Assembly: GCA_045110695.1 (NCBI GenBank)
Contig: JBGCGH010000027.1
Coordinates: 20,219 to 84,218 of the forward strand
DNA length: 64,000 nt
Source of the DNA: Bdellovibrionales bacterium
GTDB lineage: Bacteria; Bdellovibrionota; Bdellovibrionia; Bdellovibrionales; UBA840
Reading direction: 5' to 3'
The first letter of the stretch is position 1, and every line of letters begins with the position of its first letter. The position numbers and the translations under genes are program-made. Under the pieces are notes generated by a model that searched no databases, was not told the origin of the DNA, and saw only the letters and a list, made by a program, of their open reading frames with translations. Below, in pieces: positions 49,356-58,597 of the stretch.

Positions 49356-51710
49356 TTACCTCTTAATCTTAGGTCTTCGAATTTTAACTTTAAAATCTGT
49401 CTGCGTATCTTCGGAAGTAATTTCAGTTTCCTCATCCGCCGTGACTTCGTTTACTTCACTTGATTCCGCCGTAGGCTCAGGAGAACTAGAACTATACACA
49501 GGGTCTGATTCTGGCTCGAGATCCATTCCAGCTAGAGCATCGGCTGCAGAATAAGATTCGATCTCTTCAGCCGCCCCAGACAAGCTTTGCTCTACAAAAT
49601 CATCTTCTTCATCGTCTTCTTCTATAATAGCTGTAGTATCCCTCGCAGACTGCACTTCCGAGCTTTGGTTTTCCACATCTAAAGAGACTTCCTCTTGAGC
49701 TGCAGGCTCTGCAAAAGAAAGATCACTCTCTTCCGTCACCTCATCAGTAAAGCTAGTTTCACTACTCTCAGCTAGCAGCTCTCCCTCGGGTTCGTTAAGA
49801 GCATTTACTTCCTTTTGCGCCACTTCCCTCGGAGCCTCTTCAACTTCAGACTTTACATCAGAAACTTCATCTCCCTCATTATCAGAAAATTTAGGAACAT
49901 AAGTAGACTCAGGTAAGGATTGGTCTTCAGCTATAGGGAAGTCGATAAAGAAAGTAGTTCCTTGATCCACCTCTGATTCTACATAGATATTGGCATGATG
50001 ATCTTTTACAATTCCGACAGAAACAGAAAGACCAAGCCCCGTACCTTTTCCAGCAGGTTTTGTTGTAAAGAATGGTTCGAATATCTTATCAGCAACTTCC
50101 TTCGGCATACCACAACCAGTATCTCGAATCCTAATTCTCGCTATTTTTTGTTCTTCAATGTGATCTAAATATATGTGAAGCTCTTTGGTTTGCATTTCTT
50201 CCATTGCGTGGCCGGCGTTCATCATTAGATTCAATAGTACCTGTTGGATCTGATTTGAATTTGCCATCACACAAGGAACTTTTTTGATATAGCGAAACAG
50301 CTTTACCTCTTGTAAGGCTAACTGGTGATCTACTAAATCCGTAGCCGCAGCCACTGTATCCCAAATATTTGTAGGTATAAGCTCCAACTTCTCTGCCCGA
50401 GCGAACTTCATAAGATTCTCAATGATTTCTTTTGTTCGCTTTGTTTCGCTCTCAATGATATCAAGATGGTTTTTCATCTTCTCATCTTGTACTTTCGCCT
50501 TTGCTAGTTGGGCGTGTCCTAAAATTCCTGCTAGAGGGTTTTTTACTTCATGAGCGATACCAGCACTCAATTGTCCAAATGCCGACATTTTTTCAGATTG
50601 AACCAATGCCACTTTCGAATTTTCCAATTGCTCATCGCGCTCAATCAAACTTTGCGCCATTTGGCCGATACTATTAGCAAGCTCTCCAACTTCGTCTTTT
50701 GATTTTACCTTAACGGGGACATCAAAATTACCACTCCCAATTTCAGCGGCAATTCTTCTTAAGCTGTTTAGTGGAGATGTAATCAGTTTGGCAAAGAAAA
50801 AACTCAATACTAATGCCACAAGTATCACCCCAAAACCAATAACTATTAGAGATTTAAATAACTCATTGGCAGCTTTGAAGGCTTCTTTCTTAGGTGTGGT
50901 AATTATAGCGTATAAATTCGAACTTTCTACTTGCTCAAAACTACCAGCAATTTCTTGCTTTTTTAAATCCTTATAGTCGTCACTGGCACCTGATTTTCTC
51001 TGGGTTTTTACGACCTCAGAAACAATTTGATGCTCCAACAATTTTTTACCAACAACATCATTCACTGAGTGCGCGTAAACGGACCCATTTGTATCAACAA
51101 CAAATGCGGTATTTAATGAAGCTTTGTAAGGAGCTACTACAGAGGAGAAAACTCCCTTGGTCATAAATCCAACAATTACGTAGTCGTCCGTTTTTTTAAG
51201 CTCCTGTAATTTTACAGAAATACCCAGAGCAACTACATCAGTTGAGTCAGGTCCTGGCAACATAGAAAACTTAAGCCGGCTCCCCTCAAATTTAGATAAA
51301 TCGAGCTGCCCAAACAAAGCCTGAAGATCTTTTGATTTCCAAGAACTAGCTTTGCTGGTTGGATTCCTTAAACTCCACCTTACTTTTCCCGTTTTTTTGT
51401 TCAATGCACTTATCGCGTAATAGGAAGAATACTGTGAAAACAAAACCTGGCCAATATTTCTATCTGCTTTTTGCTGGGTTGTAAGACTCTCAAAGTTAGA
51501 GGCAAAAATAGCTAATTTTGATTTTTCATTACCGGTCCTCTCAAGAAGGACCTGAGATACTCCGTTGGATAACTTTGAAGAAAGCTCAATAACAAAAGCC
51601 TCTTTATCGTTATAAAAAATATTATTTGTGTTCCAGAGTACAGATATCATGGCCGCAACTAGCACAGCCGTAAACAATACTCCTAGTTTTAATAAGATTG
51701 GAAATCTCAT
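49356..51710 (-). CDS. Membrane sensor histidine kinase (Cache-HAMP-HisKA-HATPase) with acidic tail
   Basis: Two TMs, HAMP (DEVGELA), [21 protein letters not shown]; D/E/S-rich tail. Confidence 0.92.
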   Translation of the reverse strand: MRFPILLKLGVLFTAVLVAAMISVLWNTNNIFYNDKEAFVIELSSKLSNGVSQVLLERTGNEKSKLAIFASNFESLTTQQKADRNIGQVLFSQYSSYYAISALNKKTGKVRWSLRNPTSKASSWKSKDLQALFGQLDLSKFEGSRLKFSMLPGPDSTDVVALGISVKLQELKKTDDYVIVGFMTKGVFSSVVAPYKASLNTAFVVDTNGSVYAHSVNDVVGKKLLEHQIVSEVVKTQRKSGASDDYKDLKKQEIAGSFEQVESSNLYAIITTPKKEAFKAANELFKSLIVIGFGVILVALVLSFFFAKLITSPLNSLRRIAAEIGSGNFDVPVKVKSKDEVGELANSIGQMAQSLIERDEQLENSKVALVQSEKMSAFGQLSAGIAHEVKNPLAGILGHAQLAKAKVQDEKMKNHLDIIESETKRTKEIIENLMKFARAEKLELIPTNIWDTVAAATDLVDHQLALQEVKLFRYIKKVPCVMANSNQIQQVLLNLMMNAGHAMEEMQTKELHIYLDHIEEQKIARIRIRDTGCGMPKEVADKIFEPFFTTKPAGKGTGLGLSVSVGIVKDHHANIYVESEVDQGTTFFIDFPIAEDQSLPESTYVPKFSDNEGDEVSDVKSEVEEAPREVAQKEVNALNEPEGELLAESSETSFTDEVTEESDLSFAEPAAQEEVSLDVENQSSEVQSARDTTAIIEEDDEEDDFVEQSLSGAAEEIESYSAADALAGMDLEPESDPVYSSSSPEPTAESSEVNEVTADEETEITSEDTQTDFKVKIRRPKIKR

Positions 51711-51748
51711 CGACTAGTACCTCTCTCCCCTGCCCTTGTTCTCGTAAA

Positions 51749-51775
51749 ATATCGAGGAAAACCACTTTAATTTAA
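51749..51775 (-). promoter_or_regulatory. Possible sigma28-like promoter of the HK-DGC operon
   Basis: Minus strand reads TTAA-N15-CTCGATAT. Confidence 0.3.
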
Positions 51776-51935
51776 CTAAATTCTACCAATGAATTTAAGA
51801 GTTTAGCAGTTTCCTCTAATTATTGTAGAAGCCTTAACTACTTGTATCAACCTAAGGAGGTCTAGTTTCATTTACACGCAGCATAAATAAGCAAACTGCT
51901 AGAACCTTAGCCTGTTAAGACTTATAAATTGTCGC

Positions 51936-53522
51936 ATGAAGATGCATACAGACTATTTGGTTGTTGGGAGCGGACTGGCAGGCCTTTTTTTCGCCCTGAA
52001 AGCTGCACAAGAACATAAAGTTCTGCTTATTAATAAATCAAAACTACCCAATTGTAATTCCCAGTGGGCCAAAGGTGGAATCGCCGCCGTCATGTCTGAA
52101 GGCGATAGTGTAGAGTCTCATTTGAAGGATACACTAGAAGCGGGAGCAGGCCTTTGCGATGAAGAAATCGTAAAAATTGTTGTAGAAAATGGTCCCGACC
52201 GAATCAAAGACCTCATCGAGTTTGGTGTGGAATTCGATAAAGAAAACGGTAAGTTTGCCTTAGCAAAAGAAGCCGCTCACTCGGAGAGAAGAGTTCTCCA
52301 TGTAAAAGATGAAACCGGCCAAGCGATACATCAAAGTCTTCTGAGTGCTGCCGTCGCCCACCCCAACATTAAGATTCTAGAAAACTGTTGTGTTGTAGAT
52401 CTTTTAAGTTCCAAAAAATTATTTCTTAATCCCAGAGGTTCAAATCGCTGCTTTGGAGCCTACATACTAGATAACGAAAGCTCAAAGGTATTTTCGGTCA
52501 CGGCCAACTACACTATTCTTGCTACAGGTGGAGCGGGGAAAACTTACCTTTACACCTCTAACTGGGAAGGCGCTACCGGAGACGGTATTGCCATGGCCTA
52601 TAGAGCAGGAGCCCGGGTAGCCAACCTGGAGTTTATGCAGTTTCATCCCACCTGCCTCTATCACCCAAAAGCGGGAAGTTTTTTAATTACCGAAGCGCTC
52701 CGTGGAGAAGGAGCTGAGCTTGTAAATTTTAAAGACGAGCCCTTCATGCGTAAAAAACATAAACTCGGGAGCCTAGCACCTAGAGATATAGTTGCTCGTG
52801 GTATTGATGAAGAGCTTAAAGAGTCAGGTCATGATTGTGTTTACCTAAAACTAGAAGGTAAAAAACCTGGCTTCCTTAAGGAGCACTTCCCAGCTATTTA
52901 TCAGAAGTGCTCAGAATTGGGAATTGATATAGAGAAAGACCCTATTCCTGTAGTACCAGCAGCTCACTACCTTTGTGGTGGGGTTTTGGTAAATGATGTA
53001 GGCGAGACAGATCTTGATGCTCTATATACTATTGGTGAGGCTGCGTGCACTGGCCTGCACGGAGCTAATCGACTTGCCAGCAACAGTCTACTTGAATGTA
53101 TTGTTTTTGCTCAAAGAGCTTTTGATAGTTCCATCCAAGAAATGCATAGACATAAAATCACGGAAGAAATCAATGTAGCAGATTGGAAGCATCATTCTAG
53201 AGAAGATAGAGATGAGATGATTGTAATCTCACATATGTGGGACGAGATTCGACGCCTAATGTGGAATTATGTTGGTATTGTTCGCTCCAACAAGAGATTA
53301 AATAGAGCAAAGCTTAGACTTGAATCTATCGAGCAAGAGGTAAAAGAGTATTATTGGGATTTTAAAATGCATCGAGATATTTTAGAATTAAGAAACCTGG
53401 CCCTAATTGCAAAGCTTAGTGTGGAATGCGCGATCAAAAGAAAAGAGTCTCGTGGTATTCACTACAACATCGACTACCCCTCCACTTCAAAGGAAGAGGC
53501 TTTTAATACAATTATTGGCTAG
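51936..53522 (+). CDS. nadB: L-aspartate oxidase
   Basis: GSGLAG, WAKGGIAAV, EAAHSERR, QFHPT, PAAHYLCGG, GLHGANRLASNSLLE, ESRG.H. Confidence 0.95.
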   Translation: MKMHTDYLVVGSGLAGLFFALKAAQEHKVLLINKSKLPNCNSQWAKGGIAAVMSEGDSVESHLKDTLEAGAGLCDEEIVKIVVENGPDRIKDLIEFGVEFDKENGKFALAKEAAHSERRVLHVKDETGQAIHQSLLSAAVAHPNIKILENCCVVDLLSSKKLFLNPRGSNRCFGAYILDNESSKVFSVTANYTILATGGAGKTYLYTSNWEGATGDGIAMAYRAGARVANLEFMQFHPTCLYHPKAGSFLITEALRGEGAELVNFKDEPFMRKKHKLGSLAPRDIVARGIDEELKESGHDCVYLKLEGKKPGFLKEHFPAIYQKCSELGIDIEKDPIPVVPAAHYLCGGVLVNDVGETDLDALYTIGEAACTGLHGANRLASNSLLECIVFAQRAFDSSIQEMHRHKITEEINVADWKHHSREDRDEMIVISHMWDEIRRLMWNYVGIVRSNKRLNRAKLRLESIEQEVKEYYWDFKMHRDILELRNLALIAKLSVECAIKRKESRGIHYNIDYPSTSKEEAFNTIIG

Positions 53523-54099
53523 CTTTTGGAAATACTTTACTAGAGAAACCCAAGTTTCCAGTGAAAGTAATCTTAGTTTCAAGATCCCTAATATCAAGTG
53601 CTGAAATGGGAAACTTCACCAAATAAGGTACGCCCCAAGCTGTATGCTCAGGATAGAGAGGCCGGAGCCTAGCGGGAGGCAATGAAATCTTGGTTACTCC
53701 TCCAAGATACTTTTTTCCACCGACTTCTAGAAAAATCCTCCAAATACTACCGGACTCATTTAAATCATTATTTCTTACGTCAGGTGTGTAGAAGCTGACA
53801 AAAACTTCTGTATAATTAGATACACTCTCCGCTAACTCTCGAAGAGCTTTACGCTTTTCAGATTCTTCCCATTGATAGGCTCGAGAGTTGTAGTTGATTT
53901 GCGCTCTCTGGACATCTTCCGTTTTTAAAGTAGCATTATAATAAAATACATTGGTGAACCCAGAGTACAACTCATCCTTCACACTATATTTTTTTACCAT
54001 TTGTATATAGTTCCTGTCCGGAATTAAATGGCTCGCCTTAATTTGAGAAGAGCAGCTAAGTAGAAAAGGAAAAACTAAGACTAGCGCGAACTTAACCAT
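53512..54099 (-). CDS. Hypothetical lipoprotein
   Basis: Lipobox LLSC; FVSFYTPD...NDL...WRIFL. Confidence 0.75.
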   Translation of the reverse strand: MVKFALVLVFPFLLSCSSQIKASHLIPDRNYIQMVKKYSVKDELYSGFTNVFYYNATLKTEDVQRAQINYNSRAYQWEESEKRKALRELAESVSNYTEVFVSFYTPDVRNNDLNESGSIWRIFLEVGGKKYLGGVTKISLPPARLRPLYPEHTAWGVPYLVKFPISALDIRDLETKITFTGNLGFSSKVFPKASQ

Positions 54100-54926
54100 T
54101 TAGTCAGGTCTCCAAAAACTTTTTCTCGATCTACTTCATTGTAGATCTCATGATATAAACCATCGTAAACTATTTTCTGTCTATCTTCAAAGTGGTCTAG
54201 CTCTTCAAAAAACTTTATCGAGGCATCCGTACTAACTACTTTATCATTTCCAGCTAATTGCATTAGTACAGGAAACTTCCAATTGACGTTTTGCTCAAAA
54301 ATATACTCAAAGCTACTTAGGAAATCTAAATAAAGTCTTGGGCAAATTTGATCGTGACGTAAGGGATCTTTAGAGTAAGTAGAAACTATCTCAGAATCAT
54401 GGCTCAAGTCCTCAAATTTAATCTCATTAAACAGGGTCATGCTTGGTAAAAACCGAACCAAAGCTCGAGCTGCAAAATCTTTAACCGGAGACACATCCAT
54501 TTTAATTCCCATCAAAGGAGAACTCAATACAAGCCCATCTACTGGGAGATTGGGTCTCAACAAAACTGCCTTCGTCACCACTAAACCACCCATGGAGTGG
54601 CCCAGCAAAAATATTTTTTTATTTGGATAAGTGGCTTTTAGATATTTAACAAAAATCTCAAGATCTTCTACATAATCATCAAAAGAAGCCACAACGCCCC
54701 TTTTACCTTCCGATCTACCATGGCCCCGGAGATCCCAGGCATAGATATCTAAGTTCTTACTTAACATTCCCTTAGCAAAATGGGAGTAGGCCTCTGAATG
54801 CTCACTAATCCCATGAGTAACAACTACTATTTTATCAGCATCAGATTTTTTTACTCTCCAGCTTTGATAAAATAATTCATTCCCTCTATGAGCGGTAAAA
54901 AAACCTTCTTTACGAATTTGTTCCAT
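54081..54926 (-). CDS. Alpha/beta hydrolase (lysophospholipase / monoacylglycerol lipase-like)
   Basis: HGISEH, DLRGHGRSEG, GHSMGG, HEIYNE. Confidence 0.92.
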   Translation of the reverse strand: MEQIRKEGFFTAHRGNELFYQSWRVKKSDADKIVVVTHGISEHSEAYSHFAKGMLSKNLDIYAWDLRGHGRSEGKRGVVASFDDYVEDLEIFVKYLKATYPNKKIFLLGHSMGGLVVTKAVLLRPNLPVDGLVLSSPLMGIKMDVSPVKDFAARALVRFLPSMTLFNEIKFEDLSHDSEIVSTYSKDPLRHDQICPRLYLDFLSSFEYIFEQNVNWKFPVLMQLAGNDKVVSTDASIKFFEELDHFEDRQKIVYDGLYHEIYNEVDREKVFGDLTKWLSSR

Positions 54927-55456
54927 TATTTATCATCCTCGCCACTATCATCACCGGGAGGATAACGCATCTCCAAACCAAAACCAAGGTAAAGTGAGGT
55001 GCCAGGATTTACATTGAATTTCATGTCAGCCCTGAAGTGAGTAAAGCCGCCTAAGTGACTGATCATTGCCAGCCCAAAATGGCCACCTGCAATAGATCTG
55101 TAAGAACCCTCATCCACTTTATATGTATGAGCATCTATACCTAAATATATTTGAGCTATGAGATCGTTTACATCAAACTCCGTCTTACCTGAATAAGACA
55201 GCATCCAATAAGTAACACCCTCTGCATTGGAATTTGTAAAAGAATATTCAGAGGCAGAATTATTTCCCGTTGGAAAAGTAAAGCGTAGACCCCATGTGGG
55301 CTGAATCTCAGTAACATTTTCTATCTGATTTGGTAAAAAAGGTCCCGTGTGTAGGGAGTAGGCCCATCCATAAAGGGCTTCGTTGTCATCTTGTTGGGCA
55401 AAGGAAGCGGTAGGTAACAGTAGTGATAAGAAAAGTAGTACACGGATCATATCCAA
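54926..55456 (-). CDS. Hypothetical exported protein, probable small outer-membrane beta-barrel
   Basis: Signal peptide ending ASFA; amphipathic strands, LYLGFGLEMRY. Confidence 0.65.
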   Translation of the reverse strand: MDMIRVLLFLSLLLPTASFAQQDDNEALYGWAYSLHTGPFLPNQIENVTEIQPTWGLRFTFPTGNNSASEYSFTNSNAEGVTYWMLSYSGKTEFDVNDLIAQIYLGIDAHTYKVDEGSYRSIAGGHFGLAMISHLGGFTHFRADMKFNVNPGTSLYLGFGLEMRYPPGDDSGEDDK

Positions 55457-55516
55457 TAGTACCTTTCCCGAGGCCTTGCTTCAAGACCATTGAAGTCTAA
55501 TGCACTAAACTAAAGG

Positions 55517-58500
55517 TCAGTTTTTGGCAAAAAGGTCGTTTTCAATTTCTAACTTTGTTGGAGCATCCTGAGTAAACACCTTTTTCTCTGTTAGATAGAT
55601 GACCGCCTGTTGAATAGGCTTATCGCTAATGTGCTCATAGAGAGCAAGGCTGTAAAGCTTCAATTGATCAAAAGCCTTGTCTTTATATTTGGAGCTCCCC
55701 GTTTTAAAGTCAACAAGCCAAATAGTATCTTCATCCTCTGACCAAAAATCTATTTGTCCTTCTATTGTTCTGTTATGAGTGCTTAGAACGAAACCCCATT
55801 CCAAAAAAGCATTTTTATAAAGCGCTTCCATAGGTGGCTCATCGAGATCCATAACATAGTTTAACATCTCAATAATATTCGAGTCCGTTTGCTCGACAAT
55901 CACATCTGCTATTTCAGATACTTGTTCCATACTATGGTACTTCAAAAGCTCCAAAAGTAGGTGAATCTGTGTGCCACGATGAGCACTTGTAATTTTATTC
56001 CAAAACTGAGTTTTACCCTCCCAAGACTCTGTAGAGGACTTGGTCTTTTTTCCAAACTCAGATCGCTCATCTAAAATTCCGCTCACGCTGGATGCTTCTT
56101 CTTTGTCTTCTATCTGATTGTCTACCAAAAGTGTTAGGGATTCTGAATCCTGAGCCAAGCTGTCTTTTGACCATTGAGCTCCCTTTACCTCAGATAAAAC
56201 TCTGTAGCGGTAGTTATCAGTGGTATGCTCCCCTACTGTTAATTTCCAGTCTAAAAGATCCGCCCAAGAGGACTTTGCCTTAGCTTCATTCCAGCTTAAA
56301 AATAGTTTTGTTTTAACACGTGTTAAAGCAACATAGAGAACCCTTAAGGCCTCCTGCCTCTCCTTTTCTTTTTGTTCCTCATTAAACTCTCTAGCCTCCA
56401 GGCCATAAACCCTTTTGTCTTCCTCACCCATAGGAACGTAAAATTGAATTTTACCCTCTTTAACATAATGAATCGGAACCCTACCCAATCTAGATTTTGC
56501 ACCCATTTGAACCACAAAAACATAGGAAAACTGTAAACCCTTTGAGGCGTGAACCGTCATCAATTGAACACGGTTCGGCTCAAGACTAGCAACAGCCTCG
56601 GACTCCCCTTCAGAACTGGCTCCCATTTTAGATTCACACTCACGCAAATATTCCACTGGATTAAATTTTCCGGCTAGCTCCATGCTCTTTATCTGGTGAA
56701 CTAGCTTCCAAAGGTTCGCCTCACGTTTTCCACTGCTATCATAATGTAACAAAGAATCAAATATACCCGATGACAATAGCATCCGCTCAAAAGCATAAAC
56801 AAAACCTTCTTGTTTAGACAAATCTAGAAAATGGCTAAGTCGGCCAAATAGATCTTTGTGTTCCTCAGAGTTTTTAAAGTAGGCCCAAAAACTTGAGTCC
56901 TTAGGCTTTGAGTTTGTCAGTTGAACCAAGGAAAAATCATCTATGAAAAAGAATGGACTTCTAAATAGAGACAATAGATTTTTATCGTCATAGGGGTTTG
57001 CTAGAAATCGGAGCTGAATCAAAGCGTCACTGATTTCATTTTGATCAAAAAAGCTCCCACTAGAATGTACAAAGTTGGGAATTTCTCGATCATCCAAAAT
57101 TCTAGCAATTTGTTTTAGAGCCTTATTTGTTCTGGCAAGTACACAAATTTCCTCCGCGGGAATCCCCTGAGCTACTAACTCACTAATTCTGGCACCCACC
57201 ATTTGATTTTCTGATTCTAAATCTTCGCCAACTAAAAAATCAACGTCAGACTCCTCGCCTAAACTAACCTCATCCTTGGGCTCCATGGAATCAAAGCCAA
57301 ATTGACTCATAAACTCATTAATAAAAACTAAGGTACTCGGTTTTGATCTGAAGTTCTTCTTTAAAAACCCAATACTTGCAGTTTCTCTTTTAATCCTTGC
57401 CTCTTCTTCAACAAAAAGGTTTTTATCGGCTCCTCGAAATAAATATATACTTTGCTGAGGGTCGCCCACAACAAAACGAGGACGATCAGCAATGAGCTGA
57501 TTGAGCACTCCTAACTGGAGAGGACTAGTATCTTGAAATTCATCGATCAACCAATAATCCCAATCCTCACTGAAAGCAAAAGCGATTTCTGGCTGTTCAT
57601 TTAATATCTTAAAGGAGAGAGATTCTATATCAGACATGGAAATCTTTGAATCTCTTGTTTTTTCCAAAAACACTCTCGAACTTACCGCTTTAAGTAAATG
57701 ATGAAGTTTTATGTTACATTCCACAAAAAGAGATTGATTCTCTAGCTCGATCAATTCCTCTTGAAGGGAGGCCTTTAACTTATCCCACAAATACTTAGTA
57801 CGGTCTTTCAATTGTGCTGAAACAATCGATTGATTTCTGTTCTGTGGAAATCGCCCGACTCTTTCCACCGCTTGAGAGACAGCACGACTAAACTCAGACA
57901 GATTGCTAAACTCACCTGTAGCTAAATTTTTATACTCAGCAGTCAATAAAATCCAATTCTCTTTAGATTTACTTTCTTTTTCCAAAATGTTTAAAGAATT
58001 TTCTAATTCAAAAACTGTCTCTTTTAGATCAGCTCTCAATGAATCTATGCTTTTAAATAGTGCTTGCTCCAGTTCGACTTGGCTGTAGGGAGCCAGATCA
58101 TCATAAATAATATAGTCAGAAAAACTTTGAACGGCCAACTCGTGTAGTTGACGAAAACTATATACAGAGAGAAGGTTTTCAAAATCAGAATCTTCATAAA
58201 CACAGGCTTGTAACTCTTTTAAAAATAGCTTTTGATTCTCCATCTCCGATAAAATATCAAAGGAGCTATCCAAACCAATAATATACCCAAACTTCCTCAA
58301 GAAATTTGTAAAAACACCGTGAATGGTAGATATAAAAAGCTGACTTTTATTATTAACAAAATCCACAAGTTCAGAGTCACCACTCTCCATGGCCTTTAAA
58401 AGCATTCTTTCCTTTAGCTCTTGTGTGGCCTTTACAGTAAAGGTAGTAACAACAAAAGAAGGTAAGCTTCCGTCATTTTTTTCCCGAAAGTATTTAGCAG

Positions 58501-58597
58501 CCTCTAAAACCTGATGGGTAAGACCTGTAGTTTTACCAGCTCCAGCGCCTGCTTTGACGAGAGTATCTTTTATTGGATAAAATGTGGGGCCCGACAC
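55517..58597 (-). CDS. addA: AddA-type UvrD helicase / RecB-like nuclease
   Basis: GTG start after GGAGG; AGAGAGKT, TFT, TIHG, DEFQDT, VGDPQQSIYLFRGAD, TVHASKGL, YVALTR, GQID...DFKTG...QL..Y. Confidence 0.9.
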   Translation of the reverse strand: MSGPTFYPIKDTLVKAGAGAGKTTGLTHQVLEAAKYFREKNDGSLPSFVVTTFTVKATQELKERMLLKAMESGDSELVDFVNNKSQLFISTIHGVFTNFLRKFGYIIGLDSSFDILSEMENQKLFLKELQACVYEDSDFENLLSVYSFRQLHELAVQSFSDYIIYDDLAPYSQVELEQALFKSIDSLRADLKETVFELENSLNILEKESKSKENWILLTAEYKNLATGEFSNLSEFSRAVSQAVERVGRFPQNRNQSIVSAQLKDRTKYLWDKLKASLQEELIELENQSLFVECNIKLHHLLKAVSSRVFLEKTRDSKISMSDIESLSFKILNEQPEIAFAFSEDWDYWLIDEFQDTSPLQLGVLNQLIADRPRFVVGDPQQSIYLFRGADKNLFVEEEARIKRETASIGFLKKNFRSKPSTLVFINEFMSQFGFDSMEPKDEVSLGEESDVDFLVGEDLESENQMVGARISELVAQGIPAEEICVLARTNKALKQIARILDDREIPNFVHSSGSFFDQNEISDALIQLRFLANPYDDKNLLSLFRSPFFFIDDFSLVQLTNSKPKDSSFWAYFKNSEEHKDLFGRLSHFLDLSKQEGFVYAFERMLLSSGIFDSLLHYDSSGKREANLWKLVHQIKSMELAGKFNPVEYLRECESKMGASSEGESEAVASLEPNRVQLMTVHASKGLQFSYVFVVQMGAKSRLGRVPIHYVKEGKIQFYVPMGEEDKRVYGLEAREFNEEQKEKERQEALRVLYVALTRVKTKLFLSWNEAKAKSSWADLLDWKLTVGEHTTDNYRYRVLSEVKGAQWSKDSLAQDSESLTLLVDNQIEDKEEASSVSGILDERSEFGKKTKSSTESWEGKTQFWNKITSAHRGTQIHLLLELLKYHSMEQVSEIADVIVEQTDSNIIEMLNYVMDLDEPPMEALYKNAFLEWGFVLSTHNRTIEGQIDFWSEDEDTIWLVDFKTGSSKYKDKAFDQLKLYSLALYEHISDKPIQQAVIYLTEKKVFTQDAPTKLEIENDLFAKN

